Positions 1-10,150 are shown, counted from the stretch's first letter. The stretch is 64,000 nt of DNA from an uncultured Verrucomicrobiae bacterium (GCA_963735805.1 CAVTMK010000002.1:800001-864000); one strand, 5' to 3'. Translations and numbers: made by a program. Notes: generated by a model not told the origin, from the sequence alone.

Positions 1-711
1 GCGATTGAATGCGCGGGTATCGGCGCGCTCGTTGATCACGAAGGTCAATCCCCGACTCTTTTCCGACGAATTCTTCGGACGCGCAATTTGTCGGGACAAA
101 TTAGCAATTTGCTGGCGATGAAACGGTTTCCCGATTTGATTCTCATCTCGATCGGACATAACAATGTCGATTGGGCGTGGCGAATTCCAGCGAACGAACT
201 GGAGCAACCTGAAGGCCGTTTACAACGTCAGAGCCGCGAGTTCCGTACGAATTTCACCCGACAGATTCTGCGCTTGATTGATCGCGCCCGTATGCAGCGT
301 CACCGCATCGGCATCGTTGTGTATGGTCTTGTCAATTTCCAGTCATACTTTCGAGCGCGTGAGGTCGCGGAGCGCCTGCGAGCGGATGATACATCACGCT
401 ATCCGCATCTGGAAACGACTTACAAATACTTTACATCCTTCCGGCCGGCTTACCGCTCCAATCTGATTCGCCTGGCAAAAATGGTGAACGAGGAATTGCT
501 TGCGATCGTAAGGGAACTGAATCGGGAACCCAGTGACAATACGATGGTGCGCCTGCGATACTCGGATGCATTAGCAACAGCCGACTTGAGTCGCGCGGAA
601 CTGCTTCACCCTGTCGATGGCTGGCATGCCTCCGTCGAAGGCCACAACGTTCTCGCAGAAGCCGCGTTTCGCGATCTCGTACCAAATCTGGAATTTCTTG
701 GATTTACGTGA
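1..711 (+). CDS. SGNH/GDSL hydrolase family protein (5' truncated by window edge)
   Basis: Frame is open from base 1. Block III-like ISIGHNNVD and block V DGWHASVEGH (DxxH) motifs. Confidence 0.75.
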   Translation, partial: AIECAGIGALVDHEGQSPTLFRRILRTRNLSGQISNLLAMKRFPDLILISIGHNNVDWAWRIPANELEQPEGRLQRQSREFRTNFTRQILRLIDRARMQRHRIGIVVYGLVNFQSYFRAREVAERLRADDTSRYPHLETTYKYFTSFRPAYRSNLIRLAKMVNEELLAIVRELNREPSDNTMVRLRYSDALATADLSRAELLHPVDGWHASVEGHNVLAEAAFRDLVPNLEFLGFT

Positions 712-785
712 CTCGCATTAGAAACAGTGTTTCACAGGTAGCCGTTGCTGCAGCATCCGCTGGCACTCCTACCGTAAATGTCCAA

Positions 786-2534
786 TTACAGATCTCCACG
801 CTGTTTCAATCGTTCTACGGTCTCGCGCAACATGCGATGACCGAAATGTCCCTGTCGGACGCGTAATAGTTCCGAGCCACGCCACTTTTGCTGGATCATC
901 TCGAGCTGTTCGAGTGGCGCGATCGAATCGAATTCGCCCGCAACAAATAACACCCCTGCCGGATCACTTAGCGGAAAGTTGTGTATCGGTGAACTTAGAT
1001 GAAAATGCCTGGCCACGAGCGACGGCTCGATATTCGCCCGATGCAGTTCGCGGCGAATGCACCGCGCTGCAGGGCTCTCCCAGATCGCGTGATCGATGTT
1101 TACTATAGGCGCCATCAAAGCGACGAAACGCAGGTCGCGCTCGACCATTGCCAGCAACGCACCGATCCATCCACCGTAACTGGTGGCGAGCACACCGAAT
1201 TCGCGGGAGCCGCGTTCGCGCAATCCGCTCATCAATTGGCGCAGTTCCATTACGCCCTGGCGCAACCCTTCCGCATTGCGGATCAGATTGCAGGTGATCG
1301 CAAGCTCACCGTTCCAATACCCGCGAGGGACACGCGAATAATGGTATGGCAGCTGAAGAAAGCATGCATTCCAGCCAAGTTGGTTGAATTGCTCTGCGCA
1401 ACGTTGATAGCCCACGCAACTCGTGGACATCAGCGCGTGCAAAATAAAAACCGTCGGCGCGCTGCGACCACGTTCTGAAGGAAAGAAATCCGCGCGTGCC
1501 ATATTATTCGCTGGAAATTGAGTTTCTACGGGGCTGCGCCACGTAATAGTCGGGTCACCGTTTCCCAGTGCTTCAGCGAGATTGCCATCGTGTAGCGAGG
1601 CATAATATTGACCGACCGTGAGGCGCTCGCATTGCTCCACGTAGCGCTCCATCTCCTCGCGGCTGTGCCCGTTTAGTCGGTGACGGGCATGAATGAAGTT
1701 GATCGACGCGCATAGAAACGCATCGATCCCATTCGCAGCATAGCGTTGAAATCCACTTTCTTTGGCTCTGCTGCGACCGACACCGTTATCGGAAGGGTAC
1801 TGCGCTGGGGCGTCCTGTCGGCGATGCTGCGCGCTGGCGTTGCCAGTTCTCCTCTCTCGCGGAGGGTGTGGCAAGTCGTCCGTCGTGAGATGAAATGTTT
1901 GCTGTAGCTCCGCATAGAGACTTTTGAATGTAGCTGCCAATTCGGATTCAATCCGCTGGCGCGCCTCCGACTTTTTTAGCTCGGGGAAATGTGAGATTGG
2001 ATTCCCGAAAGCGATCCAAATTGGCGTTCGCCGGAACGGTAGCCAGCGTTTGGCTGAATAGAAACGGTCGCTGCCAAGAATGACGCACGGCAAAATCGGG
2101 ATCCCGGCAATGTGTGCAAGTGTTGACGCGCCGGGCCGCAGCCGGGCACCTTCCAGAAGCGATCGCGGACCGTCGCGAATCCCGCCCTCGGGGAAAAGAC
2201 CAACCGCATGTCCCTCTTTTAACCGCTCGATTGCGGTGCGAATCGTTTTGCGATCAGCACGATCGCGATTTACCGGGAACGCATCGACTGCGCGCAAGAG
2301 AAAGCCCAGCGCCGGAGGCCGAAAAAATTCCGCCATTGTCATCCAGTCAATTTTTCGTCGGATCACTAACGAAACGATGAATGGATCGAAATGGCTGATG
2401 TGATTGGCTGCCAGCAAAAATCCGCCGACACAGTTTGCATTTTCGCGCCCGATCACCCGAACACGCGTGACACAACCAAACACCAGTCTCATCAGCAGCT
2501 TGCCAGCGCGATAAGATGTGGTTTTGATTTTCAC
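786..2534 (-). CDS. Fusion: 1-acyl-sn-glycerol-3-phosphate acyltransferase (PlsC-like) + alpha/beta hydrolase
   Basis: N-terminal NHISHFD (HxxxxD) and FPEGG. C-terminal nucleophile elbow LATSYGG, GEFDSI and QGHFG give a Ser-Asp-His triad. Confidence 0.8.
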   Translation of the reverse strand: MKIKTTSYRAGKLLMRLVFGCVTRVRVIGRENANCVGGFLLAANHISHFDPFIVSLVIRRKIDWMTMAEFFRPPALGFLLRAVDAFPVNRDRADRKTIRTAIERLKEGHAVGLFPEGGIRDGPRSLLEGARLRPGASTLAHIAGIPILPCVILGSDRFYSAKRWLPFRRTPIWIAFGNPISHFPELKKSEARQRIESELAATFKSLYAELQQTFHLTTDDLPHPPRERRTGNASAQHRRQDAPAQYPSDNGVGRSRAKESGFQRYAANGIDAFLCASINFIHARHRLNGHSREEMERYVEQCERLTVGQYYASLHDGNLAEALGNGDPTITWRSPVETQFPANNMARADFFPSERGRSAPTVFILHALMSTSCVGYQRCAEQFNQLGWNACFLQLPYHYSRVPRGYWNGELAITCNLIRNAEGLRQGVMELRQLMSGLRERGSREFGVLATSYGGWIGALLAMVERDLRFVALMAPIVNIDHAIWESPAARCIRRELHRANIEPSLVARHFHLSSPIHNFPLSDPAGVLFVAGEFDSIAPLEQLEMIQQKWRGSELLRVRQGHFGHRMLRETVERLKQRGDL

Positions 2535-2640
2535 TGATTGAGTGTCTCGCGGCCCCAGTGTCTTCGGAAGCCCATTTTCAGGCTGATTCCTTTTTGTAAC
2601 GTGGTATCATAGTCTGCGGTTCTGACACGAGGTTTTGGTT

Positions 2641-2940
2641 ATGAAACCCAGAAGTCCTTCCACGCGCGGTAAAGGGCAGTTTCCACACACTGACTACTTT
2701 TTCCATTCTGGTTTTGGGCAATGGCACGGCGACTATTTTTCTCCATATGACGGAGAAGACAGATATGGATTCAGGAATTTTTACAATTTAGCACGCGAAT
2801 TCCGTATCGAAGCCGCAAAGGAGCGTGCCAGGGAAGTAGCGGTGTTTGCATTGATTGTTCTGACGTCGGCGTGGCCGGTGCTCTACATGGTGATCACAGT
2901 GGTAAGGTTGCTGATCAGAGGACGGCCTGTGGATCAGTAG
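2641..2940 (+). CDS. Small hypothetical protein with one C-terminal TM helix
   Basis: ATG at 2641 after GAGG. Hydrophobic VAVFALIVLTSAWPVLYMVITVV. Fills the gap between two larger genes. Confidence 0.6.
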   Translation: MKPRSPSTRGKGQFPHTDYFFHSGFGQWHGDYFSPYDGEDRYGFRNFYNLAREFRIEAAKERAREVAVFALIVLTSAWPVLYMVITVVRLLIRGRPVDQ

Positions 2941-2972
2941 CGGGACTTCAACACGCACCGCGTTCGGGGCGA

Positions 2973-5900
2973 CTATCCTTTTGGCCAGAGAAATTCAGCT
3001 CGATGTTCTGGCGTTTTTTCCGGCGCGAGACCGTGGCGTGCGACGTTTTCGGTAACGACGCGCGGGATGAGAAAGTTTAGCAAATAATCTTCGCCTCCGG
3101 CTTTACTGCCGGCGCCGCTCATCTTGAATCCGCCAAAGGGATGCCGGCCGACGATTGCCCCTGTGCACGGGCGGTTGATGTAAACGTTGCCGGCTTCCAA
3201 CTGCGCCTTAACACGTTTGATGTTAGCTGGGTTGCGCGAAAAGAAGCCGCCAGTCAACGCATAATCAGTGCCGTTAGCAACTTCGATTGCTTCATCGAGA
3301 TCGCGCACTTTTAGTACACTCAGTACCGGGCCGAAAATTTCCTCGCGCGCAATTCGCATGTTGGGTTTCACACCCGTAAAAATCGTAGGCGGAATGAAAT
3401 AACCTTTCGGCGGGATGTCCTTTGTCTGATAGGCGAGCGTCGCCTCGCTTTTGCCTACTTCGATGTAGTCCAGGATCCGCCGGTACGCGGCCTCATCAAT
3501 CACCGGCCCGACCACGACGTCTGGTTGTTCCGGATTGCCGACGCGCACACTGGCGGCGGCGTTGAGTAAACGCTCCATAACGCGGTCGTAATTTTCTTCG
3601 AGGACAATCAGCCGGGAAAGCGCCGAACACTTCTGGCCTTGAAAACCGAACGCGGAATAAATTGAATCGACGATTGCTTCATCCAGATCGGCGTCAGAGT
3701 CGACGATCATGGCGTTCTTCCCGCCCATCTCGCAGATGACGCGCTTGAGCTCGCGTTGACCTTCGCGCGTTTTGCCGGCGCTTTCCCAAATCCACAGCCC
3801 CACCTCGCGCGATCCTGTGAAGGCGATCAAATCAACGTCTTTGTGATCAACCATGTGAGCCCCAATGACGGAGCCTTTGCCGTTGAGAAAATTCAATACT
3901 CCGGGCGGCACGCCGGCTTCCTCGTAAATCTCCATCAACATGGCACCGATAATGACCGATTGCTCCGATGGTTTCATGATCACCGTGTTGCCGGTAACCA
4001 ACGCGGCACTGACCATGCCGCACAAGATGGCCATGGGGAAATTCCAAGGAGCTATTACGAGCGCGACACCGCGTGGCCAGTAATGCTGATAGCTTTCTTC
4101 TCCGGGCACATTTTGTGTGAGCCGGGGCCGGCCCATCCGGCGCATCTGGCGGGCGTAGAAAGTGCAAAAATCGATGGCTTCGGCAATGTCACCGTCTGCC
4201 TGGGCCCATGGCTTGCCAACTTCAAAGACTTCGAGCGCGGAAAGCTCAAATCGGCGGCGGTCAAGAATTTCGGCGACGCGTTCCAGCAATTGGCACCGCT
4301 GTTCAAACGAAGTGCGACGCCATTTCTCAAATGCCGTACGCGCGGCGGCGACGGCGCGTTCGGCTTCGGGAATGTCGGCTTCGGCTGCGTACCCGACGAT
4401 TTGGTCTGGTTGACTGGGATTGACCGAGGAGAACATCTTATCGGTCCAAATCTTATCGCCCTTGATAGTGAGCGGAACTTTGCGTCCGAATTGCTTGCGC
4501 TGTTCGTGTAGCGCACTACGCATTTTCTCCTGGTTCTCGGGTAAGGCGAAGTTCGTTAACGGCGCATTTTCATAGGAAGCGCCCGGCTGTGTCTTTGGTG
4601 TGGTTGTTGTCATATTTATGGTGGGATTCGATGGGGGTAGAACGCCGTTTCGATTCCGACGCAAAATCTCGCATGGATCGCGCAACAATTCTTCCGTGGA
4701 GGCATTCTCCGAAAATTTTGCCCGTAAGAAGCCTTCGTTCGAGGTATTTTCGAGCAAACGTCGAACGAGATAGGACATTCCGGGAAGCAGTTCACCGACC
4801 GGGCAATATTCGCGAACGCGATAGCCCATTTCCACCAAGGCGCGCTTAATCGGTCCAGCCATCCCAAAGAGCAATTGAAACTCGAAGCGACTGCGATCGA
4901 TCCCCAGTTCGTCCGCAAAGGCCTGCGCGTGCGAGATGCTGCGAACATTGTGCGAGCCGAATGCAGCAGTGACAACCGACTCATTCTCCAACAGCAACCG
5001 CGTCAGCACTTCGAAATTCGCATCGCTTTCTGGTTTCTGACGATAAACTGGACAATCCCAGCCGTTCTGGCGCGATTTCGTCGTTTCGTAATCCCAGTAC
5101 GCACCCTTCACCAGACGGACTGCGAACCGCGTCCCACGCCCGCGACCCCACTCAATCAAGTCACGCAAATCGGTTTCAGAATCTCGTAAATATGCCTGAA
5201 TAACGATTCCGGCATGCGGCCAATCCTTGAACTCTTCCTCGGTGAAAATGGTTTTGAACAGTTCAAGCGTACCATTTTTGTGCGCATAACTTTCCATGTC
5301 GAAATTGATGAAGGCGCCAAGCTCTCGCGCGCGACGCAGCAGCGGTCGCAACTTGGGCGTGAGATGAGCAATCGCATCCGCCGGATTGGCAGGATTTATT
5401 TGTGAATAGAGCGCGGAAATCTTAACCGAAACATTTACAACCGGAAAAAGCTCCGAATTTTCGCCCAACGGATCGGTCCAGGCCTTTGTTTCATGTGCGA
5501 GGCCGTCGAGCAAATGCAGATAACGCGCCGCGTATTCATCGGCCTCCATTTCACTGACGACAGCCTCTCCCAAAAGATCGACAGTAAAGCCTATCTTTTG
5601 AGTCCGGCGCTTGCGCAATGTCCGCATGACATCGTTCGGGTTTCGTCCAGCGATGAACTGGCGCGCCATTTCGGAAACGTTCCAGCGCAGAATAGGACCG
5701 CTAATCCACGGAACGATGCCAGCCAGACGAATACCCGCTCCTAAAAATTCCGAAAGCTTTCTCGAATCACGCGCATCGGCGAAGTATTCCCGGAGATGTT
5801 CGACAATTTCTCCTGATGTGCGCAGGGAGGGAAGGACATCGACAAAACGAAAGAGCTGTAACTTGAGTTCCTCATCGCGCATCGATAGCGTCATCAGCCT

Positions 5901-6002
5901 CTGATACAAGCCAGCCTTGCTGAAAAGGGATTCAGGATTTTTATCGACCAGTTCGAAGATGCGCCTGCCGCGCTGTTCGATCTCGTCTTGGAGCGACCTC
6001 AT
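2973..6002 (-). CDS. putA: Bifunctional proline dehydrogenase / L-glutamate gamma-semialdehyde (P5C) dehydrogenase
   Basis: PRODH motifs VRLVKGAYWDYE and YLVRRLLEN. ALDH motifs EMGGKN, QGQKCSA and EEIFGPV. 1009 aa. Confidence 0.95.
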   Translation of the reverse strand: MRSLQDEIEQRGRRIFELVDKNPESLFSKAGLYQRLMTLSMRDEELKLQLFRFVDVLPSLRTSGEIVEHLREYFADARDSRKLSEFLGAGIRLAGIVPWISGPILRWNVSEMARQFIAGRNPNDVMRTLRKRRTQKIGFTVDLLGEAVVSEMEADEYAARYLHLLDGLAHETKAWTDPLGENSELFPVVNVSVKISALYSQINPANPADAIAHLTPKLRPLLRRARELGAFINFDMESYAHKNGTLELFKTIFTEEEFKDWPHAGIVIQAYLRDSETDLRDLIEWGRGRGTRFAVRLVKGAYWDYETTKSRQNGWDCPVYRQKPESDANFEVLTRLLLENESVVTAAFGSHNVRSISHAQAFADELGIDRSRFEFQLLFGMAGPIKRALVEMGYRVREYCPVGELLPGMSYLVRRLLENTSNEGFLRAKFSENASTEELLRDPCEILRRNRNGVLPPSNPTINMTTTTPKTQPGASYENAPLTNFALPENQEKMRSALHEQRKQFGRKVPLTIKGDKIWTDKMFSSVNPSQPDQIVGYAAEADIPEAERAVAAARTAFEKWRRTSFEQRCQLLERVAEILDRRRFELSALEVFEVGKPWAQADGDIAEAIDFCTFYARQMRRMGRPRLTQNVPGEESYQHYWPRGVALVIAPWNFPMAILCGMVSAALVTGNTVIMKPSEQSVIIGAMLMEIYEEAGVPPGVLNFLNGKGSVIGAHMVDHKDVDLIAFTGSREVGLWIWESAGKTREGQRELKRVICEMGGKNAMIVDSDADLDEAIVDSIYSAFGFQGQKCSALSRLIVLEENYDRVMERLLNAAASVRVGNPEQPDVVVGPVIDEAAYRRILDYIEVGKSEATLAYQTKDIPPKGYFIPPTIFTGVKPNMRIAREEIFGPVLSVLKVRDLDEAIEVANGTDYALTGGFFSRNPANIKRVKAQLEAGNVYINRPCTGAIVGRHPFGGFKMSGAGSKAGGEDYLLNFLIPRVVTENVARHGLAPEKTPEHRAEFLWPKG

Positions 6003-6118
6003 TTACGAAATTAGTTCGCCCCCACGTGTTAATCAAAGACGGAACCCGGCTCTTCACCGCCAAAAAAATCTTACTGCCAGACACGCTCACTTTGAGGCCG
6101 GTTTCCGAAACTAGAGTG

Positions 6119-6137
6119 AAATTGCTTCAAGCAATTT
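6119..6137. promoter_or_regulatory. Palindromic operator candidate in the divergent putA / aldolase intergenic region
   Basis: AAATTGCTT-C-AAGCAATTT: perfect 9-bp arms around a 1-nt spacer. Confidence 0.4.
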
Positions 6138-6256
6138 TGAGGAGCAAGTGGAGGAGATTTGCCTGGCAGAGTCCGGAGGCCCAGGGCTCGGATCTGTCAG
6201 GCAATCTCTTTTATGCTGATTGATCGGGAGCGGAACCTCGCGTAGCAAACAGGATA

Positions 6257-7294
6257 ATGATCGTAGAGCGCCATGAGTTTGCGAGCGATAATACCGCGCC
6301 GATTAGCCCCGAAGTCTGGGCCACGTTGCTCGAAGCCAATAATGCGGAGTATGGTGCAGCGTATGGCGAGGACCGTTGGACGGCGCGCCTGTGCGATTCT
6401 ATCCGTGATCTTTTCGAGACTGATTGCGACGTTTACCTCGTTTTCACCGGCACGGCGGCGAACGCGCTCGCGCTCGCGCAAATGTGTCAGTCCTTTCGCA
6501 GCATCATCTGCCATCAGAACGCTCACATTCATACCGACGAGTGCGGCGCGCCGGAATTTTTCACCAGCGGATCAAAACTGCTTTTGATCGGAGGCGTAGA
6601 TGGGAAGATTGATATTGGCCAGACGAAAGCGCTGTTAATGCACGAGAATGACCTTCATTCGCACAAGCCGGGCGCGATCAGCATTGCGCAGGCCACAGAG
6701 TTTGGCACGGTTTATACGCGCGACGATATAGCGGCGATTGCTGATTTGGCTCGTTCCAACGAACTGTTTGTACACATGGATGGCGCGCGTTTTGCCAATG
6801 CAGTCGCGTCACTCAACTGCGCGCCGCGGACGATCACGTGGGAGATCGGTGTTGATGTTCTCTGCTTCGGCGGCACAAAAAATGGGACGGCGGCTGGTGA
6901 GTTGGTGATATTTTTCAATAGGGCCGTCTCTCGCGAGTTCGACTATCGAGTGAAGCAGGCGGGTCAACTCGGGTCGAAGATGCGTTTTCTGGCTGCATCG
7001 TGGATGGGACTCTTGAGAGGAGACGTGTGGCTGCGAAACGCCCGACACGCCAATGGCGCTGCACTCCGGCTTGCACAAAGCCTAAAACACAAGGCGAACG
7101 TAGAAGTTGTATTCCCTGTGGAGGCAAATGCCGTCTTTGTGCGGCTGGACGACCAACTCGTGCGAGGCCTGCAGGCACGCGGCTGGCGCTTTTACAAATT
7201 TATCGAGCCCGATGTTTATCGTCTGATGTGTTCCTGGGCAACCACTGACAATGATATCGGCGATTTCATTCGTGACGTTACCCTAAATCATTGA
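6257..7294 (+). CDS. ltaE: Low-specificity L-threonine aldolase (PLP, beta-eliminating lyase family)
   Basis: FASDN, GTAANAL, HMDGARFANA and the PLP-lysine motif FGGTKNG. Confidence 0.85.
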   Translation: MIVERHEFASDNTAPISPEVWATLLEANNAEYGAAYGEDRWTARLCDSIRDLFETDCDVYLVFTGTAANALALAQMCQSFRSIICHQNAHIHTDECGAPEFFTSGSKLLLIGGVDGKIDIGQTKALLMHENDLHSHKPGAISIAQATEFGTVYTRDDIAAIADLARSNELFVHMDGARFANAVASLNCAPRTITWEIGVDVLCFGGTKNGTAAGELVIFFNRAVSREFDYRVKQAGQLGSKMRFLAASWMGLLRGDVWLRNARHANGAALRLAQSLKHKANVEVVFPVEANAVFVRLDDQLVRGLQARGWRFYKFIEPDVYRLMCSWATTDNDIGDFIRDVTLNH

Positions 7295-7330
7295 ATGAAT
7301 AGCGATCAATGAGATCTGTATGGAGGTAAA

Positions 7331-7903
7331 ATGAATGCGTTTGTGCGAATTTTGATGCTTGCTCCCGTCCTGCTTGGCGGATGCCAGGCTACCCACGACG
7401 TAGCGGCTACTTCCTACCACGTGACCCGCGGCGCAGCCGTAGGCTCTTACAAAGTGGCTCGGGCCGTCGCAGTCGGTTCGTACCGTGTTGCCAGTGCTCC
7501 AGTGCATTACGCCACGCGGAAGACAGGCGATGACTCACCAACCATGGTGGGAACGGAGAGTCCGTCGGATGTTACAACTCCCGGCCAATCAATTCCGCCG
7601 CCAGAGATGGCGTCGACCTCGCAACAGCAACCGCGAGGTGACGCCGAGCGCGGCCAGACCCGGAGATCGAGCGGATCTTCGGTCACGTCTCGCAACGGGG
7701 CAGCACAGTCACAAACGAGCGCCTCGTCCTCGCGGGCTTCTGCTCCGTCGACGGCGTTTCCAACAGGAAAATTAGTCCCTGGTAAGCCGGGATATGTCTT
7801 CAGCCCATTCGACAAGGAAGGAAGATACGTGGATGTAAGTGGCTTCCCGCCTGGAACTAAAGTGAAAGATCCTTGGACCGATAAGATTTTTCTTGTCCCA
7901 TAG
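7331..7903 (+). CDS. Putative lipoprotein with low-complexity linker and conserved C-terminal ...KDPWTDKIFLVP domain
   Basis: RBS GGAGG, lipobox LLGG-C, Ser/Thr/Gln-rich linker. C-terminal domain is paralogous to 32857-33249. Confidence 0.75.
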   Translation: MNAFVRILMLAPVLLGGCQATHDVAATSYHVTRGAAVGSYKVARAVAVGSYRVASAPVHYATRKTGDDSPTMVGTESPSDVTTPGQSIPPPEMASTSQQQPRGDAERGQTRRSSGSSVTSRNGAAQSQTSASSSRASAPSTAFPTGKLVPGKPGYVFSPFDKEGRYVDVSGFPPGTKVKDPWTDKIFLVP

Positions 7904-7977
7904 ATTGATGGGCGCTTGGCATCGCGTCTCTTTCCATCGCCCATTGCCGCGAACTGGGGCGAGTGCTACCTAATAAC

Positions 7978-10104
7978 ATGAGACTGGCATCGCGAGTTGC
8001 GAGCTATTTCATTGCTTGGTCTGTCCTCGCTTTTGCGTCGCAAAGCCTGGCGCAGGTGTATCAAGGAAAAGAGCTCGTCAAGGCGGAGCTTCTCGCTGAT
8101 ACGAATGCCATTGTTCCCGGAAAACCGTTCACTGTCGGTTTGCTGCTTCGAATGGCTCCAGGCTGGCACACGTACTGGGCGTTTTCTGGCGACGCTGGTC
8201 TTCCCACAGAATTGAAGTGGAAACTGCCATCGGATTGGAAAGTCGGCGAGATTCAATGGCCAATTCCCCTGAAAACAATCGATCCGGGCGACATTGAGAC
8301 TTACGGCTACGAAAGCGTAGTCCTCTTGATGCAGGAGATTGTGCCGCCGCAGAAAATTGATAATCCAGCAGTTAAGCTTTCCGCCGAGGCCAACTGGCTG
8401 GTTTGCGAGAAAATCTGCGTTCCCGGTAGCGCAACCTTGCAGTTGGAGTTGCCGATCTCGACCACAAGCCAACCGGCAAATGCGGACCTCTTCGCGCGTT
8501 ATCGGCGTTTGTTGCCGCAGAAATGGCCGGGATCAAATGCGGCGATGGCGAACTGGAGTCGGATTGGATCCGATCTCCGTTTAAAGATTACAAGCGATAA
8601 ACTGGCTAACTATCCGGCGCTGGATTTTTTCCCACTACCGGAGCAAAGCGTTATCGTCGGCCATCCGACGGTCGAATCACGCAACAAGAACGAAGTTGTC
8701 TTTCGAATTCCGATCGAATCGTCAGAGAAAAACTTGTCGTCTATCTCAGGCCTGATCATTTATTCCCAGCGACAAAACGGAGAAGACCGTGCAGCGTGGC
8801 AAATTTCCTCTGGGCCGACTGTTTCGGCGACCGCTCCGGCGCCCGTGCCCGGAATCCTTACTTTTCTACTTTTCGGTTTCCTGGGCGGCATAATCTTGAA
8901 TCTGATGCCGTGCGTTCTGCCCGTAATCTCACTGAAAATCTTTGGGTTCATTCAACATGCAGGGCAAAGCCGTCAGAAAGTTTTGCGGAGCGGCATCGCG
9001 TTTGCGGCAGGAATCTTTGCGTGGTTCGTCGGCCTTGCAGTGGTCATGATCGCGCTCAAGACCGCGGGGCATGACGTGACCTGGGGCGGATTTCAGTTCA
9101 CTAACGCCTACTTCGTACTTGCGTTAAGTGTGATAGTCCTGGTCTTGGCTTTGAATCTCTTTGGCGTGTTTGAGATTTCACTGCCGCAAAGCATGACGCG
9201 TGGTTTGCTTTCGACGACCGAGCGCAAAGACGATCTAGGGTCATTCTTCCAGGGTATGTTCGCCACGGTTCTGGCAACGCCCTGCACCGCGCCATTTCTT
9301 GGAACGGCGCTTGGCTTCGCATTTTCGCAGTCATCGGCGGTTATCCTGGCGATATTTGTCGCTATCGCCACTGGAATGAGTGCGCCTTATCTGCTTTTAA
9401 GCGCACAACCTGCCTGGCTGCGATTTCTGCCGAAGCCGGGTCCCTGGATGTTGCATGTGAAACAATTCATGGGTTTCCTGCTGCTGGCTACGCTGCTATT
9501 TCTTCTTTACGTGCTAGGCGCGCAGCGCGGCTTGGAAGGAGCGATTTGGGCAAGCTGCTTTCTTCTGGTGGTCAGTGTCGCGTGCTGGATGAAGGGCGCC
9601 TTCGTTCTGCCGGCCACGTCAGCTACGAAGCGCAGCATCGTGCTCGCGCTTATGCTCGCACTCGTGCTCGGAAGCGGCTTCTATTTCATTGGCGGGAAAT
9701 TTCGCCTAACGAATCTTGCCTCGGTCGATTTACGATCCCGGGGAGACTGGCAGGCGTTTACAACCGAGCGTTTGCAAGCGGAACTGGACCAAGACCATTC
9801 GGTGTTTGTCGATTTTACGGCAGCATGGTGTCTTACCTGCAAATTTAACGAGGCAAACGTCCTCGAGAATGCAGAGGTTCGAGAAGCGTTTCAACGCCAC
9901 GGGATTGTGAAATTGAAAGCCGATTGGACGAACGGCGATCCAACGATCACGAAATTGTTGCAACAATTTGGCCGGCCGGGTGTTCCGCTTTACGTGCTCT
10001 ACCCCGGAAAAAACGAAGAACCGATTGTCTTCCCCGAAGTGCTCACCAAGGGAATGGTTCTGGAAAAACTCGAGACCGCCGCGCACAGGATGGCTGCACA
10101 ATAA
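7978..10104 (+). CDS. dsbD: DsbD-family thiol:disulfide interchange protein
   Basis: Signal peptide, N-domain WLVCEKIC, TM domain NLMPCVLP / ATPCTAP, thioredoxin WCLTCK. Start may be GTG 7963. Confidence 0.85.
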   Translation: MRLASRVASYFIAWSVLAFASQSLAQVYQGKELVKAELLADTNAIVPGKPFTVGLLLRMAPGWHTYWAFSGDAGLPTELKWKLPSDWKVGEIQWPIPLKTIDPGDIETYGYESVVLLMQEIVPPQKIDNPAVKLSAEANWLVCEKICVPGSATLQLELPISTTSQPANADLFARYRRLLPQKWPGSNAAMANWSRIGSDLRLKITSDKLANYPALDFFPLPEQSVIVGHPTVESRNKNEVVFRIPIESSEKNLSSISGLIIYSQRQNGEDRAAWQISSGPTVSATAPAPVPGILTFLLFGFLGGIILNLMPCVLPVISLKIFGFIQHAGQSRQKVLRSGIAFAAGIFAWFVGLAVVMIALKTAGHDVTWGGFQFTNAYFVLALSVIVLVLALNLFGVFEISLPQSMTRGLLSTTERKDDLGSFFQGMFATVLATPCTAPFLGTALGFAFSQSSAVILAIFVAIATGMSAPYLLLSAQPAWLRFLPKPGPWMLHVKQFMGFLLLATLLFLLYVLGAQRGLEGAIWASCFLLVVSVACWMKGAFVLPATSATKRSIVLALMLALVLGSGFYFIGGKFRLTNLASVDLRSRGDWQAFTTERLQAELDQDHSVFVDFTAAWCLTCKFNEANVLENAEVREAFQRHGIVKLKADWTNGDPTITKLLQQFGRPGVPLYVLYPGKNEEPIVFPEVLTKGMVLEKLETAAHRMAAQ

Positions 10105-10150
10105 ATTATGAGCATAGGGTCAATCGCCATCATCGATCGGAGAACCTGCG

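Noticed and set aside
3756..5904. Long antisense ORFs over putA (and similar ones over kdpA/B/D, nadB and the ligase)
   Set aside because: Shadow frames expected opposite GC-rich coding genes. No motifs or RBS.
6154..6212. Possible glycine riboswitch or SRP RNA before the threonine aldolase
   Set aside because: Lacks the GCCGAAG / CUCUCAGG glycine core and the SRP CAGG-GGAA-AGCAG motif. Kept only as a generic hairpin.
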